This document shows positions 60,861-64,000 of a stretch of 64,000 bases of DNA, one piece after another (the stretch's first letter is position 1; each line of letters begins with the position of its first letter). The translations under genes were made by a program, and so were the position numbers. Source of the stretch: the human T2T-CHM13v2.0 reference genome, Homo sapiens; assembly GCF_009914755.1 (NCBI RefSeq), contig NC_060938.1; one strand, written 5' to 3'. The notes under the pieces were generated by a model. It made no database searches and was not told the DNA's origin. It saw nothing but the letters and a program-made list of their open reading frames with translations.

Positions 60861-61404
60861 AAAGCTCAATAACATAGGAGAGACATCAGGCCAAAATTAT
60901 GTCCTCCTCATTACCCAACCTCCGCTACCAGTAGATGTAAGAAATACAAGGTATTAATGCCTGCAAATAGGCCATGCATGAATGTTAGAGTATTTTACAG
61001 ACTTTGTTTTACCCAGTGATAAAATGTACTGGGATAGGCTCATGGTTAGCAATTGATGCATAAACTATTAATGGCGAGATGTCATTTTCCTAAGAAATTA
61101 ACACTTTGCAAACTTGGTATGCAAACTTGTGTTAACAGCTCTAAACTGGATTAATCTAAGCTATACCCCCACACTTTACTTTTCTCTCCTGAAAAAGAGG
61201 CTATTAGGACCAGTTGAAAAGCAATGAGGTATTAATGAAAGAGAGGTCTTAAAATCTAGTTTTTAGCTTTGTATAGAGTTTTGTTGGCACCTCCCAACAC
61301 TGGCGATTAACCTACTGTGAGTTTTATAAGGGCCAGAGATGGAAGAACTGATTAAAAGGCAGCAGGCAAAATTCCTAGAGATTTTATTGTTTGAAAGAGG
61401 TTTT

Positions 61405-61460
61405 CCTATATAGGCTTAAGTATAAATACCAGCCTATATAGGCTTAAATATAAATACCAA
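61405..61460 (+). repeat. 28-bp tandem duplication carrying two CArG boxes
   Basis: CCTATATAGGCTTAAGTATAAATACCAG / CCTATATAGGCTTAAATATAAATACCAA. Confidence 0.95.
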
Positions 61461-62429
61461 CCATCGGAGGATGGTTGAGAGAGAGTTAGAAACAAAAAGA
61501 CACAAAAAATTACTGTACTTGAATCTAGAGTTTATGCCAGAACCTACTTGTCTAAAATTAACCATAGTCTTGTTTCCAACCATTAATAACATGCTTCTCA
61601 TTTTTCTTAGACTTGCCATCATGCATATTTAAATTTACATTTAAAAGTTCCTGGTAACCTTTGGCACAAGGGTTCCTGGTTTGGAGATAACTCACATGTT
61701 GGTGGATTCATGCCCAATCCCTCTCACTACTGCATTTCTATCTGCTGGTGGATCAAAGCTAGTTGCTCATTTTCAATCTTAAATCAATCCATTTTGTAAT
61801 TTTCAGGTGTGAGTGAGTTGACATCAGGGTCCTTTTTGATGAAAGATTTCCTTGAAAAAATAAGCAAACTGTTCAAATCAAAACAAAGGGTGTTTTGGGA
61901 CTGTCTCAGAACATTTCATAGAAATTAAATTCTGTACCTTCTAGGTTAACGTGCTGTGGTCCTCACGATGTGTTTGGAAGGCTCAACTGGAGAGTTATTC
62001 TCCATCAGTCCTAGATTTCTAACATTTCCTGTTAGTTTACTTGCTGGAGGATTAAGGCAAAACTGGATTAAAAAGGAGGAGTTGGGGAATTAACTGTTTC
62101 CTGGCAAGATTAGCTTTCCAGGCACTGATTCCTGAGAAGAGGTGTTTTTTGTTGTTGTTGTTTTTGTTTTTAACTCCATAATGTTGCCTGGACACTAGAA
62201 CAGGATTCCCCTTCCCCCATCTCATGTTTAATCTGTAGCTTCCCCAAAGTACCTTGTGTTAGTACTAGGGGGAGAATGACTCACACGTTGAATAAATTGT
62301 TATTAAAGCATCTGGGCTCAATTGTGAACATACTAATAGTGAGGAATTGGAAAACCAAGTACTGGTGAGGGTTCGGCTGCTGACTGGCGAAATCACTTGC
62401 TGAATGTGAGGCCCAACATCCTCTAAAAA

Positions 62430-62660
62430 TAATAAGAGTTAATATGTGCCGAATACGTCCTATATCCCCAGAACTATTATTAGCACCTTGTATACCATCT
62501 CATTTAATCCTCATATTTCCAATGTAGAGCATGACTATCATCAACTATGTTTTGCAGATGAGGAAACTGAGGCACATAGATGTTAAATAATTTGCCCAAG
62601 TTCATACAGTCATTAATGGCAATTTGGATTGAAATTCTGGCAGACAGAGACAGCTTGCAG
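62430..62660 (-). mobile_element. MIR
   Basis: TTGCAGATGAGGAAACTGAGGCACATAGATGTTAAATAATTTGCCCAAG. Confidence 0.85.
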
Positions 62661-63249
62661 GCTCTACCCTGGTGGGTTCTACGATATTACCTCCTAAGAT
62701 GAAGGGAAGGGACTGGAGGATCATGAGGGTCCTTCAGCCCTACTAGTGTGTGTGGAATGGGGAGAGGAGTATTCAGTTTCTCTGTTGGGAATGTGCAGCA
62801 TTCAGCACCACCTCATTCCTTCCCATCTATGAGAATCTTTTGGGAATAGTCCTCACTATTAGGCCTATAGGTAGCATTGCCAACTTGGTTTAGTTCCCGT
62901 GCCCCATAAGAATACTTATCAGGGCCATTCTTTTCTGAGCATGTGGGTTAAGTAAGATCTCAGTGGTAGTGGGACCTTGGAGAAATGAAGCCTCTGAAAT
63001 GTTGGCCACAGAGAAAAATGCTGCAGTGAGAAGCTGCAAGCTGCAAGCTGCAAGCTCCCAGCTAGCTGGCTTGATGGGGACCACAGTAAATCAGGAGGAA
63101 CAGTGGAGGCTGGTGTGGGATCTCGGGGGCCAGAACCTGGCCAGGGGATGTTGACCCAAAAAAAAACAGCAGCAGCAGTAGAAACAACAACAGCAAGAAC
63201 AACAATAGCAACAAGCCAGGTTCAGGCTAAAAAAGCAGGCAGTGTGCCA

Positions 63250-63560
63250 GGAAGGGGGCCGACTGAGCAGTGTGTGGAAGCTGTCGTGGAGGTGACCGTG
63301 GGGGGATGAGAAAAGGGGAAGGAAGGAACAGACAGCACCAGAGGGACTTGAACAAAGGGAGAAGGGGGATTAAAGTCAAATCACTGTCAGCAGCCCAGGA
63401 GCAGACAAAACCACCAGAGTAAGCCCTGAAATGGAAATGAGAGGGAAAAGAAGCAAGCCGCTAACAGCTACCAAGAAGAGGAGGAAGTGGGAGATGCGCT
63501 GCTTCCTGTAGAAAGAACGTTGATTGAAGACAAAGCTGGGTGGGGACTAGTCCCTGGGCT
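63250..63560 (+). promoter_or_regulatory. GNG2: Proximal promoter of GNG2 (TATA-less, purine-rich)
   Basis: IRF-like GAAATGGAAA (63428), PU.1/ETS GAGGAAGTG (63481), reverse ETS GCTTCCTGT (63501), directly upstream of a CpG-rich exon. Confidence 0.7.
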
Positions 63561-63727
63561 GCAGCCGCTGCTACACATACTCACAACGCTGCCGCCGCGC
63601 TCCGTGGGCAACTCCTACTACTGCTGGGCTGGGCTGGGCTGGGCTGGGCTGCGCCGGAGCTCGCCTGCACAGATCAGCTCCGGAGAGGGGAAAACCACGC
63701 TCCTCGGACCAAGCCTCGGGAGCTAAG
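63560..63727 (+). other. GNG2: Non-coding first exon (5'UTR) of GNG2; start approximate
   Basis: ATG-free, CpG-rich, with donor AAG|GTAAAT at 63727/63728. Sequence ...GAAAACCACGCTCCTCGGACCAAGCCTCGGGAGCTAAG recognised from the GNG2 mRNA 5'UTR (memory). Confidence 0.8.
63626..63650 (+). repeat. (GGGCT)5 pentamer repeat
   Basis: Direct observation. Confidence 0.97.
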
Positions 63728-64000
63728 GTAAATGAAACGTTTTCCATGTTGCTCGTTTTTAATTGAGAAAAACGACCGTCGCTTGTGGTTTTAAGGTCCG
63801 ATTTCTAAGGGATGATAGAGACATCGCTTCAGGACTAGGGGAAATGATTAGATTCTTTTGGAAGGGTCTTTGAGAATGACCACATTTATGACACATTTGA
63901 TTTAAAAAAACCTCATCATCAGTGCTTAGATTTGATGACTAAACAGGCCAACATGCTAAATACAAGAAGCTGTTTGTATAGTTCTCTCGGAGGAAAACCA

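Noticed and set aside
63030-63215. (AAGCTGC)n and CAG/CAA run as a poly-Q coding exon
   Set aside because: Short imperfect simple repeats upstream of the promoter with no supported ORF or splice sites.

Overview
Primate, almost certainly human, genomic DNA, largely interspersed repeats: L1, Alu, MIR, L2, MaLR/ERV1 solo LTRs, and hAT/Tigger DNA transposons. The window opens with the 5' 3.6 kb of a young L1HS-type LINE-1 on the minus strand. Its 5'UTR and antisense promoter are intact, ORF1 is frameshifted, ORF0 is truncated, and ORF2 is open to the window edge. The window ends in a promoter and non-coding first exon (~63560-63727, donor AAG|GTAAAT) that I recognise from memory as the 5'UTR of GNG2 (G-protein gamma-2, 14q22). 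No complete protein-coding gene is present, and almost all ORFs in the supplied track are repeat-derived or chance. The best leads concern GNG2's upstream architecture: an L1 antisense promoter aimed at the gene, a candidate upstream exon that could N-terminally extend G-gamma-2, an RFX/ETS promoter-like module at ~50 kb, twin CArG boxes made by a tandem duplication, and a (GGGCT)5 G-quadruplex in exon 1. I cannot show a wholly new biological system. Repeat subfamily names are from recalled consensus sequences, and boundaries without TSDs are approximate.
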